The position numbers were made by a program, and so were the translations under genes. The notes beneath the pieces were generated by a model. It was not told the origin of the DNA. It ran no database searches and was given only the letters and a program-made list of their open reading frames with translations. From the NCBI RefSeq assembly GCF_009914755.1, contig NC_060933.1: 64,000 nt of DNA, one strand, 5' to 3'. The stretch comes from the human T2T-CHM13v2.0 reference genome, Homo sapiens. This document shows, in pieces, positions 1 to 13,190 of this stretch. The first letter of the stretch is position 1, and every line of letters begins with the position of its first letter.

Positions 1-2239
1 TATGGAATGAGAATTGTAGTAGAAGAATTTGAAAAGTAGTATGGGAGAAGGAGAGGGAAAAGGATGCATTCTGTTGGGAAGGAGGGATGAGAATAAGATT
101 CATAGGAATCAAGGTTCAGAGGAGGGCTTTAAAGGAGGAATAGGAGGTTTCCAAGTAGACAAGATAGATTTCCAGAGATTTCCCAATTTAAATACTCACT
201 TAACTCAGTTTTACTAGAGAATATTATAGGTTTGTATTACATAGGGCAGCACTAAGGAAATACAGATCTACGGCTAATTTTAAACACAGAAATTAAAATT
301 TACAGAAGTTAGGTGATTTGATCAAAGTAATATAGCTAGAGAGTGGCAGGGCTAGCATCAGAAGTCAGACTTCTTCATCACCAGAATAGTGCTCTTTTAA
401 TTTCCCCACATAAAATCCTGAGGCTCAAGGGTCACAGAGAAACAGTGAGCTTTGTCCTGGTTTTTAGTAGGTACTATCTAGAGTCATGAATCTAACTATA
501 GCTATTATGTGACCAGGACATTACCAACTCATTAGCCTTCAAGAATGGTGAGTAGCAAGTGTTCACAGTGAATTTTACATTCATGTACAAATTATTGGAA
601 AATATCTGTTTCAGAAAAACACAACTGGCCACCATAGATAGCCCCCACATGTTACATCCGATAATTAATGGACCTTGAATTATATTTTAATAAATTGATG
701 AGGACTGAATTTTAAGACAGGTTATTTTCTTACTGGAGCTGTGACTCATAGGGAGGGGACAGCCCCCCAGTTTTTAATCAGAAAATAAAAAAGCTAAGGG
801 GAGAAGCCTTCTGTTTTACTCACACAGACTGGTAAGACAGATGTGCAGAGCTGACAGATGCCCAAGAGCTAGAAAAGTAATTGCTTGGAAGTCACTGGGC
901 TGAGACAGCTGGAACGGTTAGTTTTTTCCTATGGATGTCTGAGCTAAAGACTCTTTCAAATTCCTCAGCAGAGGCACGGAAGCCCCTGTGCAAAGCCAGC
1001 ACAGGAAGGGCTAGTCTGGGTTGGTCTGGTGGACTAGGTGGGCAAGAGGCATGGTCTAAAAGGCAGTGGGAGCTGGAGAGGTCAGCAGCACAAGCTGTTC
1101 AGAGTAGAACAGTTGTGGAAGTCACTGTCCCATTGTTCACTGCTTTCTTGGTACAGGCAGCCCTGGCTCCACAGCTATGAATTTAATGATTGGCAAGAAA
1201 CTGTCAGAGAACCCTATTTTTGAGAGGAGCAAAGGTATGGCCTTGTGTGTGGGAATGTAGTCTGAGCAGGAGAGTCAGGAATTGCATAGGCATCATCTTC
1301 CAAAATGAAGAGGCTATTAGAGAAATACAGACAAGCATTATGCATTTGTGGATGGCTGGCGGAAGAGAACACATCATCCCTCAAGTCTCAGTATAATATC
1401 CGTCACTCCAGAGAAAAGATCAATGTCAACAATTATCAAAAATGGGGGAAAAACTGCCAAAAGGACTCTAAGCCAGCCATGTTAAGCATGAAATGAATTA
1501 CCACTCCCCACAGTGGGATAAAATTTCTAAATTGTCAACACAATAGAAAATAAACACAAAGCCTACACGTTTCCTTGTAGGCTTTCCTCCAGCCTCTTAG
1601 ACCAAGCTCACTCAAGACTCAAGTTCAAGTACTTGACCTCGGTAACGCTATTTAAGAAATCCTATTGTCCAGGCTTCCCTCCAGACCCACAACATTGGAA
1701 TCTTTGGGGCTGGGACCCGGGCATCAGCATCCTGTAAAGCTTCTCCAGATATTCTAATGGGCAGCCCATGAGAACCAAGGGAGAGTAAAACCTGTGGATT
1801 TGAATTGCATCTCCACAACTCACCAGCTGTGTTACTTACAGAGTATTATTTAATCTCTCTGAACATTGTTTTCCATGTCCATAAGAAAAAATAATACCTA
1901 CCTCATCAACTTGTTTTGAGGCTAAAAAAAGATGAATGTAGAAGAATGCTGAATAATGTCAAGCTGAACAATTGTCTAGAAACTAGAATAAACAGTCATA
2001 ATGTGTGCTGAAGACCTGAAAGTCAGCAACAGTTTTGTCAAGAGACCCTGAGCACAAGACATTCTTATATCAGAGAGCCCTATCAAGCTAAATTCCAGAG
2101 TATGTAAGATTACTTTGATCTTTGTCAGTTTGGGACAATTTAATAATCTCCCAAAGAGCACTTCAATGAGACCAGGCTTCCAACAACAACAGACTGAACT
2201 ATCCAAAATCTTTCTTTGGATTAAAAATATCTTGTTGTC

Positions 2240-2531
2240 AGCCAGGTATGGTGACAGTGCTTTGGGAGGCCAGGCAGGCAGATCACTTGAGGCCAGGAGT
2301 TTGAGACCAGCCTGGCCAACATGTCAAACCCCTGTCTCTACTAAAAATACAGAAATTGGCCAGGCATGGTGGAGGGTGCCTGTAATCCCAGCTACTCGGG
2401 AGGCTGAGGTGAAAGAATCACTCGAACCCAGAAGGTCAGGGTTGCAGTGAGCCAAGATCCTGCCACTGCACTCCAGCCTGTGTGACACAGCAAGACCCCA
2501 TTTCAAAATAAATAAAGTAATTAATTAAATA
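2240..2531 (+). mobile_element. Alu (AluS/J-like, small 5' deletion)
   Basis: Both monomers and an A-rich tail are present. Confidence 0.92.
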
Positions 2532-2593
2532 CAAATATTTTTATATCATTAGTAATTTGGGGTTGTTTTGCAATTGGAGTTAGGGTCAGATAG

Positions 2594-2908
<315 letters not shown>

Positions 2909-4426
2909 GAGGTTTTAAAACCTCTAAACCCAGCCTCTTTCAGCTACTATAAAGATATAAAAAATGTCTTGTACCAATTAGATTGTGTTCAGCTGCAAGT
3001 AGCAGAGTACCTGATTTTTAATGTCTTAAGTTGCAATTATTTTAAATTTTAATGGATAATCTGGAAGTAGGCATTCCAAGTTTGCTTTGGAAATTCCATG
3101 GTATTATAAAATATCCAGACTCTTTAGAATCTTGAGCTTTGTCAAGGGCAGTATCTCTCCTTATGATCAGAAAACATCTGCCAGATCTTCAAGAAACTCA
3201 ATCTCATATGACAGCATCCCAAGTGGAAAGCTGGAGGCAGCTACAGAGAAAGTCTTTTTCTTCACATGCCTCTTTGTTATTAGGAAGGAATGAAAACTTT
3301 TTCCCAGAAGCCCCAAGAAGACTTTTCCCTTTATCACCTTAGATGAATTTGGTCAAATACTCACCCTGCTAGCAAGGAGGGAGAAGGAATGGTCGTCAGG
3401 GAAGCATCCAAGAGCATCTGCCACGTTGCTTATTTTCATACAGTGTTTTGCAGCTATGCATATGCAGCAGACAGTGTTCTTCATTACAGGCAACAGAAAA
3501 TGTCCCTGTCTAATTTAACCAGAAAATGACTTTATTCACAGATTTTGAGTACTTCAGAGCTGTCAGGATTTCTGAAGAGTGAAACTTGAGGTTAAGCTGC
3601 CAGAAACAATGCCCAAAACCATGCTTGAAAACTGTTCTAATGAAGAAGCCCCTACTTCTGTCAATCACCACCCACTCAATGGACAGTTTGCACCATTGCT
3701 ATTCTCCTGATGAGAACTTGATCTTGCTTTCACCATTACTGCTAAGGCTTCCAAAGAGAGAGGGTGAGTGTGCTCCTTAACCCTTTGTTGTTGCACAGCT
3801 AGCTCCCAAATCTAAGTGTGCTGTGAGCGCATCTGATTGGTGCAGCCTTGGTCATGTGAGTTTTCCAAGCTGCAAGGGAATCTGCGAAGGTGAGTAGCTG
3901 GTATTTTTGGTACTTCTGAAGACCCATAAAGAGAAGAATTTTCAACTTAGGTAGAGGTTTAGATACTAAAATTTAAACTAGGGTGAACGATGCATTCACT
4001 ACAATGTTAATTATCTCAATTCTCGCAACCTTTTGTAAGTTGTCCTCATTTTATGGAAAAGGAAACTGAGGCTCAGAGATACTTTACCATGTCCAAAAAT
4101 CTAAGCTCTACAGAAAAACTCAGACAAGCAAAACTAGATGTACAGGGATGTATATGGTGCATTATTATAGCAAATTAATTGAAAACATACCAGATATTCA
4201 TCGTTAGGTATTTGTTAAATAAATTATGATATATTTGTACAATGGAACACTGCATAACCTTTTACAAAACGAGCTAGATTTATAAGTTCTGATAGGAAAA
4301 TGAGTTTAGAATATATTGAGTGAGAAAAACACAAGTTCCAAAATGATATAGATAGTACAACTTCAAAAGAGTTTCAAGAGACTCCAATTTTATATACATA
4401 TAGATATATTATATATATTGTATATA

Positions 4427-4760
4427 CAGGTAGTCCTAGGATTAGTAAGATTTAACTTAGGATTTTTCAATATTACGATGGTTCCTATACAACCATTCTG
4501 ACTTTCACTTTCAGTACAGGATTCAATAAATACAAAAAGTGTTGAGCTATTCAACACTTTAATATACAATAGGCTTTGTATTAGATGATTTTGCCCAACT
4601 GTGGGATAATGCAAATGTTCTGGGCACATTTAAGGTAGACTAGGCTAAGCTGTAATGTTTGATAGTTTAGTTGTATTGAATGTATTTTCAACTTATGATA
4701 TTTTCAACTTATGATGGGCTTATCTGAATGTAACTCCATTGTAAGTTGAGAACATTTCTG
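4427..4760 (-). mobile_element. MER47/Tigger5-type MITE
   Basis: TA-CAG...CTG-TA ends and the aggtagactaggctaagct motif; homologous to 21696-22042. Confidence 0.75.
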
Positions 4761-4765
4761 TATTT

Positions 4766-4768
<3 letters not shown>

Positions 4769-4798
<30 letters not shown>
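4769..4798. repeat. (AC)15 microsatellite
   Basis: Directly visible. Confidence 0.97.
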
Positions 4799-4801
<3 letters not shown>

Positions 4802-6529
4802 TAGAGCCATGTATACCAAACTGTTAACAGTAGTTGTTTCATGGGGATGTTAATAAGAATTCTCACTTTTTTCTGTTATATATACTTGCAAATTTTGAAT
4901 TTTCTACAAGTATGTAGTATTTTATAAGCAGCAAAACACTCAATAAATCCAATTTTAATTGAACCAAACTAATCATCCATAAAAGTAAAGTTCCTGTTGT
5001 TTAGAGAATGGAAATGGGGAGGCGGGCCTGTCCATGTAACTTAAGGGCATTTTTGCGTCTGGGACTTAGATATTGAAATAAAAATTATTGAGTCACTCAA
5101 AAATATGGGATCAATGGGAGAGAAAAAAGGCAAGGAGCTTGGCTCCCCTTCAGAGGCAGGGCTAGCGGCAACTGGGTTTACAAGGGTCACTTTCTGTTGA
5201 AGTTGAGGGAGGATAAAATAATAAGAGAGTTCCAGGCAGTAGGAGAGTCAAGAACAAATGCTTCATCCCAGATTAGGAAAGGATCCGGTAGCCTGATATA
5301 TGGATGGGTGGAGAAAGCAAGACCAGTGAAATGGGTCAAAGAGATTAAACCCTGGTGGGAAATTGAGCAAGAAAATTCTTGCCTGGGAGGCTGAAACAGG
5401 CCAGGACTAAGGCAGTGCCAGGCTTTGTTCTCAGGCCTAACTGCTAGGATAGGAATCTGTAAGTTACATTGTGGAATGCTTTGGTGTGTTTTTTTTTTAA
5501 TAGTAAATTTTTCTGACACAACTTATTGATGAAAACTGTTTCTAGGTATAGGAATCCTATATTCCAGTACCACAGAGAGTACAATTAAATATACAAATGC
5601 TGAAAGAGAGGCAGTATAGCTTAGAAGAGCATGGACTTCGACTTGGTGACTCAGGTGGTATAGACAAAGAGATGACTGTGGATGCCACCAGAGAAGACTC
5701 ACTAATCCAATAGTTTGAGTTTTGGCCAGTCCCCATAGGAGAAATGACTTTAGTATTGATGGGGACATCCCAACCCAGGCTTTACTCTGATTTGTGGATG
5801 ACCTGGGCTTCAGTTGTGAGATTTGTGGTGGTGGGAATCCACATGCTCTAACTTTGAAATTCTCAGCCTTTTGCTGTAAAATAACAAAGAAAGAATGGCT
5901 ACAATGAGCCAGACTCTAGTTGGTGCTGAAAGTCCTGTTGATGTGCCTGAATGGAGAAAATAAAAGTGAGCAACATGGATCATTAGTCAACACTGACTCA
6001 TACTGAACGTGGGAGGACAATTAAGGAAGACCCTAGCGGAAGGGTCCCCACCAAATTGTCATCTTTCCCTTTGCTGTGATGAGGTTTGATGTTGGCAGCT
6101 CATTCTTCGCACTCCTACATATGTGATGCCTGTCAATGCAGGTATCACAAATAACTGGAGAGGCACTGGAATTACACACACGGAGGTCTAGAAAGATCAT
6201 TTGAGCCAATTAAGGAGGAGTGTTTCTTCTGGAACAAACTTCCAACATCCATGTGGATATTTGACTAAGTCTTTTTGGTTAGTTCCCATGCTGAAGACAT
6301 TACTTTGGTGCACAGCTTGCAGAACAACCTAGCACATGCCACATGTATTTTGTTTTGTTTCTTTACCATTTTGTTTTGCTTTGCTTTTCAATATCAAAGC
6401 AACCCTAAGCCACTAGACATAGCTTCTCCAAAGACTTCAGATCAATGATTTCCAGATGTGCTATTTGTAGTCATTCAAAATATTAATTAATTGTAGAGCC
6501 AAAATATAAATATCATCAATCCCTGGAGG

Positions 6530-6775
6530 CATTATAGTGTAACACTCTAGAATACAAGCTTAGGAGCCAGATTACCTGGGAGTGAATCTTGTCTCCACCA
6601 CTGGGGCAAGCTATTTAACTTCTTTGCACCTCAGTTTTGTCACCTGTAGGATGGTAATAATTATAGTACCTATCTCACACTGGTGTTGTGGGAATAAATT
6701 AATTTGCTTTTTTTATAAAGGGGTATGTAGAATAGTGCCTGGTATATAAGTGATAAATGCTTAGTGTTGTTACTA
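6530..6775 (+). mobile_element. MIR SINE
   Basis: Core ggggcaagctatttaacttct...cctcagttttgtcacctgta...ataattatagtacctatctca. Confidence 0.75.
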
Positions 6776-7495
6776 TTCTAGAATCCTGTCAGCCACTCCT
6801 GTAGGACTTTGGAAGGTGGAAGTGCATGAAGTCATCATGACCCTTGAGCATCCTGGTAGGATATACAGCTTTGTAGGTTTAAAAATGTGATGTACTCAGT
6901 GCACGAATAGCTAAGTGAGTTCAAGAGACTATTCCATACAGACCAAGCTCAGAAATTGACAGAAGAGTTAATTGTCCCTATACCAATTTTTTAATTTACA
7001 GTAAGATTAGAACAGGCAAGGGGGCACCAGATATTCATGTCAGCATGTCAGTGTATCCTTCCCTAGTATGCAAACCTACATGGGATGTCAAGTTTCCATT
7101 TGAAAATTATTTGGTGAGCATAGTTGTAGAGCTGGTATCCTCATGTTACCTGGTTACCACATACGAGAGAGGTAACCAGGAAAAATAAACTTGTTGGATG
7201 CAGATGTCTGAGATTATTTGTTATGGTGGGCAGTGGGGATATGAAGTCAAAATATCTGTTTAGAATGTGCAATCTTCAATGAAGCCTGACCTCCAACCAT
7301 AAAATGTGTCAGATGACCCTGGAAAGGGACAAAGAACTTGATGTCTGCTAAAACATGCCAAAGCCTCCACAGATGAGAGGACTGCCATCAATCTGGGCTC
7401 TACATGGAAGAAGCAATGGGGTTTAAAGTTCTCCTTACCTTGAAGGTTCCTCAGAAGTCCTCTCTTTTGGTTTTGTTTTGCTTTTCCCTCCCTCC

Positions 7496-7881
7496 TGCCC
7501 TGGTTCATTTTCTGATGCCATAGCAGAATACCATAGAGTGGGAAATGCATAAAGAAAAGAGATTTATTTGGCTCACATTTCTATAGGCTTGGTAGTCCAG
7601 GACCAAGGGGCCTCATCTGGTGTCAGACTTACTGCTGCATCATAACATGAAGGACACCTTATGTGGTGAGGAGGGTGAGAGCAGGTGAGTGCATATGAGA
7701 CAGAGAAAAAGGAGGTCCAACTCCTGAGATAATGAGTCCATTCACCTCATAACCACCTTAATCCATTATCAGGACAGAGACTTCATAACCTAATCACCTC
7801 TTAAAGATCCCACCTCTTAATACCATCACAATGGCATTAAATTTCAACAAGACTTTTGGAAGGGACACTTAAATCATAGCA
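7496..7881 (-). mobile_element. Solo MaLR LTR (MST-type)
   Basis: TG...CA termini, MST motifs (gatttatttggctcaca, taatcacctcttaaag, aaatttcaaca) and TSD CCTCC on both sides. Confidence 0.8.
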
Positions 7882-7889
7882 CCTCCCAT

Positions 7890-8155
7890 CCTTCCCTTTA
7901 TCTTTCCTCCTTCCTTCCCTCCCCTCCTGTCTCCTTCCCTTTCTTTTTCTTCTATTCCTATCCCTTTTTTAAGAAATTTCCCTTTCTCTTCCCTTTCTAG
8001 TTTCCCTTCTCCATTTCTACTTTCCCTTTGCTCCCCTCCCCTCCATCACTTCCCCTCCCCTCCCCTCCTCTCCCCTCCTCTCCCCTCCTCTCCCCTCCTC
8101 TCCCCTCCCCTCCCTTTCCTTCCCCTCCCCTTTCTTTCCCTTCCCTTCTTTCCTA
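7890..8155. repeat. Polypyrimidine low-complexity tract with (CCCCT/CCTCT)n core
   Basis: Directly visible CT-rich run. Confidence 0.9.
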
Positions 8156-8587
8156 TTTGGCTGGTGCAATAGGTGGACTGAATGTCTCCTCTAATCTGGG
8201 CAGGAGCCTCTCCTTATCCCTTTCTTGGAAGAACAGATGAAACTAAAATGGACTCCAAGAGAAAAGTCATGGAGCTCACTGTTTATGCCTGCTTCTGGTC
8301 TACAAATTCAGCTAGAGGGACAGAAAGAGTCCTTGAGTTCCCATGTGTTTTATTTTCTAAGGGAAAACATTATAGAGGATTCATTTACCTGTCAGGCTTT
8401 CTGATGTTATATATTTCCCCTGGGAGCTAGGTAAAAATGATGAAATAAAAATTGTTTGGAGATTCAATGGTTTAGAATTTTAGCACACTTTCCTTTTCTA
8501 TCCTTAATAGCTCTGTGAACACAAACTTCTCTGGAGCTACAGTTTCTCCAAAAATGACACTTTTCTGTGGGAAGTTACATATGATAG

Positions 8588-11500
8588 TGTATTAGTCTGT
8601 TCTCACACTGCTAATAAAGACATACCTGAGACTGGGTAATTTATAAAGGAAAGAGGTTTAATTGGCTCACAGTTCAGCATGGCTGGGGAGGCCTCAGGAA
8701 ACTTCTTATGGTGGAAGGGGAAGAAAACATGTCCTTTTCACATGGTGGCAGGAAGGAGAAGAATGAGAGCCAAATGAAGGGGGAAGCCCCTTATAAAACC
8801 ATCAGATCTCATGAGAACTTACTATCACAAGGCTAGCATGGGGAAACTGCCCCCATGTCTCATTTACCGCCCACCAGGTCCCTCCTACCACACGTGGAGA
8901 TTATGGGAACTACAAGATGAGATTTTGGTGGGGACACAGCCAAACCATACAATTCTGCCCCTGGCCCTTCTCAAATATCATGTCCTCACATTTCAAAACC
9001 AATCATGCCTTCCCAACAGTCCCCCAAAGTCTTAACTCATTTCAGCATTAACTCAAAAGTCCAAGTCCAGAGTCTCATCTGAGACAAGGCAAGTCCCTTC
9101 CACATATGATCCTGTAAAGTCAGAAGCAAGTTCGTTATGTCCTAGATACAATGGTATTACAGGCATTGGGTAAATACACCCATTCCAAATGGGAGAATTT
9201 GGCCAAAACAAAGGGGCTACAGGCCCCATGCAAGTCTGAAATCCAAAAGGTAAGTCATTAAACCTTAAAGTTCTAAAATGATCTCCTTTGACTCCATGTC
9301 TCACATCCAGGTAATGCTGATGCAAGAGGTGGGCTCCCATGACCTTGGCCAGCTCCACCCCTGTGGCTTTGCAAGGTACAGCTCTCCTCCTGGCTGCTTT
9401 CATGGGCTGGCATTGAGTGTCTGTGACTTTTCCAGGTGTGCAGTGCAAGCCGTCTGTGGATCTACCATTGTGGGGACTGGAGGATGGTGAACCTCTTCTC
9501 ACAGCTCCACTATGCAGTGCCCCAGTGGGGACTCTGCATGGGGGCTCTGACCCCACATTTTCCTCCTGCAGTGCCCTAACAGAGGTTCTCCAGGAGGGAC
9601 CCACCCCTGCAGCAGACTTCTGCCTTGACATCCAGGCATTTCCATACATCCTCTGAAATCTAGGTGGAGGTTCCCAAACTTCAATTCTTGTCTTCTGTGC
9701 ATCCACAGGACCAACACCACATGAAAGCTGCCAAGGCTGGGTGCTTGCACCCTCTGAAGCAACGTCCTGAAATGTACCTTGGCCCCTTTTAGCCATGGCT
9801 GGAGCGACTGGGACACAGTTCCGGCAGAGGACCCAGCCCAGGAAACCATTTTTCCCTCCTAGGCCTCTGGGCCTGTGATGGGAGACTCTGTGAAGGTCTC
9901 TGACATGCCCTGGAGACATTTTCCCCATTGTCTTTGTGAATAACGTTTGGCTCCTCATTACTTATGCAAATTTCTGCAGCCAGCTTGAAAGTTTGAATTC
10001 CTCCCCAGAAAATGGGTTTTTCTTTCATATCACATCTTCAGGCTACAAATTTTCCAAATTTTTATGCTCTGCTTCCTCTTGAACCCTTTGCCGCTTAGAA
10101 ATTTCTTCCTGCAGATACCCTAAATCATCTCTTTCAAGGTCAGAGATCCACAGATTTCTAGAGTAGGGGCAAAAGGCCACCAGTCTTTTTGCTAAAGCAC
10201 AGCAAGAGTCCCCTTTGCTCCATGATGTGGTTTGGCTGTGTCCCCACCCAAATATCATCTTGAATTCCCAAGTGTTGTGGGAGGGACTCAGTGGGAGGTA
10301 ATTGAATCATAGGGGCAGGTCTTTCCCATGTTGTTCTCCTGATAGTGAATAATTCTCATGAGATCTGATGGCTATATAAGGAAAAGTTTCCCTGCACAAG
10401 GTCTCTCTTTGCCTGTTGCCATCCATGTAAGACATGACTTGCTCCTCCTTACCTTCTACCATGATTGTGAAGCCTCCCCACTCTCATGGAACTGTAAGTC
10501 CATTAAACTTCTTTCCTGTATAAATTATTCAGCCTTGGGTATGTCTTCATCAGCAGTGTGAGCACAGACTAATACGGTCAACTGGAACCAGAAGTGGGGC
10601 ACTGCTGAAAAGATAACTGAAAATGTGGAAGCAACTTTGGAACTGGGTAACAGGCAGAAGTTGGAACAGTTTGGCGGGCTCAGAAGAAGAAAGGAAAATG
10701 TAGGAAAGTTTGGAACTCCCTAGAAACTTGTTGAATGGGTTTGGCCAAAATGCTGATAATGATACAGACAATTAAATCCAGGCTGAGGTGGTCTCAGATA
10801 GAGATGAAACTTGTTGGGAACTGAAGCAAGGGTGAGTCTTGTTATGTTTTAGCAAAGAGACTGGTGGAATTTTACCCCTGCCCTAGAGATTTGTGGAACT
10901 TCAAACTTGAGAGAGATGATTTAGAGTATCTGGCAGAAGAAATTTTAAGCAGCAAAACCTTCAAGAGGTGACTCGGGCGCTGTTAAAGGCATTGAGTTTT
11001 AAAAGGGTAGCAGAGCATAGAAGTTCAGAAAATTTGCAGCTTGACAATGTGATAGAAAAGAAAATCTCATTTTCTGAGGAGAAATTCAAGCCGGCTGCAG
11101 AAATTTGCATAAGTAATGAAGAACTGAATGCTAATCACCAAGACAATGGGGAAAATGTCTCCAGGGCATGTCAGAGGTCTTCATTGCAGGCCCTCCCATC
11201 ACAGGCCCAGAGGGCTAGGAGGAAAATATGGTTACATAGGCTGGGCCCAGGGCCCCCATGCTGTGTGCAGCCTCAGGACTTTGTGCCCTGTGACCCAGCT
11301 GCTCCAGCCATGGCTGAAAGGGGCCAACATAGAGCTTGGGCTGTGGCTTCAGAGGGTGCAAGCCCCAGGCCTTGGCAGCTTCCATGTGGTGTTGAGCCTG
11401 CATGTACACAGAAGTCAAGAATTGGGGTTTGGGAACCTCTGCCTAGATTTCAAAGGATGTATGGAAATGTCTGGATACCCACGCAGAAGTTGCTGTAGGG

Positions 11501-13190
11501 GCAGGGTCCTCATGTAGAACCTCTGGTAGGGCAGTGCAGAAGGGAAATCTGGGGTGGGAGCCCCGACACAGAGTCCCTACTGGGGCACTGCCTAGTGGAG
11601 CTGCGAGAAGAGGGCCACCATCCTGCAGACTCCAGAATGGTAGATCCACCGATAGCTTACACCATGTGCCTGGAAAAGCCAAAGACACTCAATGCCAGCC
11701 CATGAAAGCAGTCAGGAGGGAGGCTGTACCCTACAAAAGCACAGGGGTGGAGCTGCACAAGACCATGGGAACTTACCTCTTAAATCAGAGTTACCTGGAT
11801 GTGAGACATGGAATCAAAGGATATCATTTTGGAGCTTGACAATTTGACTGCCCCACTAGATATTGGACTTCCATGGGGCCTCTAGCCCCTTTATTTTGGC
11901 CATTTTGTCCCGTTTGAAACAGTTGTATTTACCCAATGCCTGTATCCCCATTGTATCTAGGAAGTAACTAACTTGTTTTTGATTTTACAGGCTCATAGGC
12001 AGAAGGGACTTGCCTTATCTCAGATGAGACTTTGGACTGTGGACTTTTGAGTTAATGCTGAAATGAGTTAAGATTCTGGGGGACTGTTGGGAAGGCATGA
12101 TTGGTTTTGAAATGTAAGGACATGAGGTTTGGGAGGGACCATGGGCAGAATGATATGGTTTGGCTGTGTCCCCACCCAAACCTCATCTTGAATTCCCACA
12201 TGTTGTGGGAGAGACCCAGTGGGACATAACTGAATCATGGGAGCATGTCTTTCCCATGCTGCTCTCATGATCATGAATAAGTCTCACAAGATCTGATGGT
12301 TATAGAAGGGGGAGTTTTCCTGCACAAGCTCTCTCTTTGCCTGCTGTCATCCATGTAAGATGCAACTTGTCTTCCTTGCCTTCCACCATCATTGCAAGGC
12401 CTCCCCAGCCACGTGGAACTGTAAGTCTATTAAACCTCCTCTTCTGTAAATTACCCAGTCTCAGGTATATCTTTATAAGCATTATGAAAACGAATTAATA
12501 CACTCCAGTTCCCAAGAAGTTCCTCATGTCTATTTGAGACCACCTCAGCCTGGACTTTATTGTCCATATCACTATCAGCATTTTGGTCAAAGCCATTGAA
12601 CAAGTCTCTAGGAAGTTCCAAAGTTTCTCTCACATCTTCTTGTCTTCTGAGCCCTCCAAGCCTCTAGGAAGTTCCAAACTTTCCCACATTTTTCTGTCTT
12701 CTTCTGAGCCCTCCAAACTGTTCCAACTTCGTCTTGTTACCCAGTTCCAAAGTTGCTTCCACATTTTCAGATATCTTTACAGCAGCACCCCACTACCTGG
12801 TACCAATTTACTCTATTAGTCTGTTCTCACACTGTTAATAAAGACATACCCAAGGCTGGGTAATTTATAAAGGAAAGAGGTTTAATTGACTCACAGTTCA
12901 GCATGACTGGGGAGGTCTCAGGAAACTTACAATCATGGCAGAAGGAGAAGCAAACACATCCTTCTTTACATGGTGGCAGGAAGAAGATGATTGAGAGCTG
13001 AGTGAAGGGGGAAACCCTTTATAAAACCATCAGATCTTGTGAGAACTTACTCACTATCATGAGAATAGCATGGGGGCAGCCACCCCCATGATTCAATTAC
13101 CTCTCACCAGGTCCCTCCCACCATACATAGGGATTATGGGAACTACAACTCAAGATGAGATTTGGGTGGGCACATAGCCAAATGATATCA
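8588..13190 (-). mobile_element. Outer full-length THE1 (THE1C/D-like MaLR): 3' LTR 8588-~8951, 5' LTR 12812-13190, interrupted at 10222/12503
   Basis: Both LTRs read as the reverse complement of TGATAT...GACTAATACA. The THE1-int sequence is continuous across the insertion. TSD GATAG at 8583-8587 and 13191-13195. Confidence 0.93.
10223..12502 (+). mobile_element. Inner full-length THE1 (THE1A/B-like): LTRs 10223-10576 and 12151-12502
   Basis: TGATGTGGTTTGGCTGTGTCCCC...TAATACA termini with ~1.57 kb of internal sequence. TSD CTCCA at 10218-10222 and 12503-12507. Confidence 0.95.

Noticed and set aside
8028-8240. Proline/serine-rich ORF
   Set aside because: A translation of the (CCCCT)n low-complexity tract.
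9053-9958. 301-aa ORF on the minus strand, and the related ORFs at 10968-11839
   Set aside because: They lie wholly within THE1-int and are remnants of the known MaLR internal ORF, with no evidence of a host gene.
12605-12718. ~56-bp tandem duplication in the outer THE1-int
   Set aside because: I recall this duplication in other THE1/MST internal copies, so it is probably a subfamily trait and not locus-specific (unverified).
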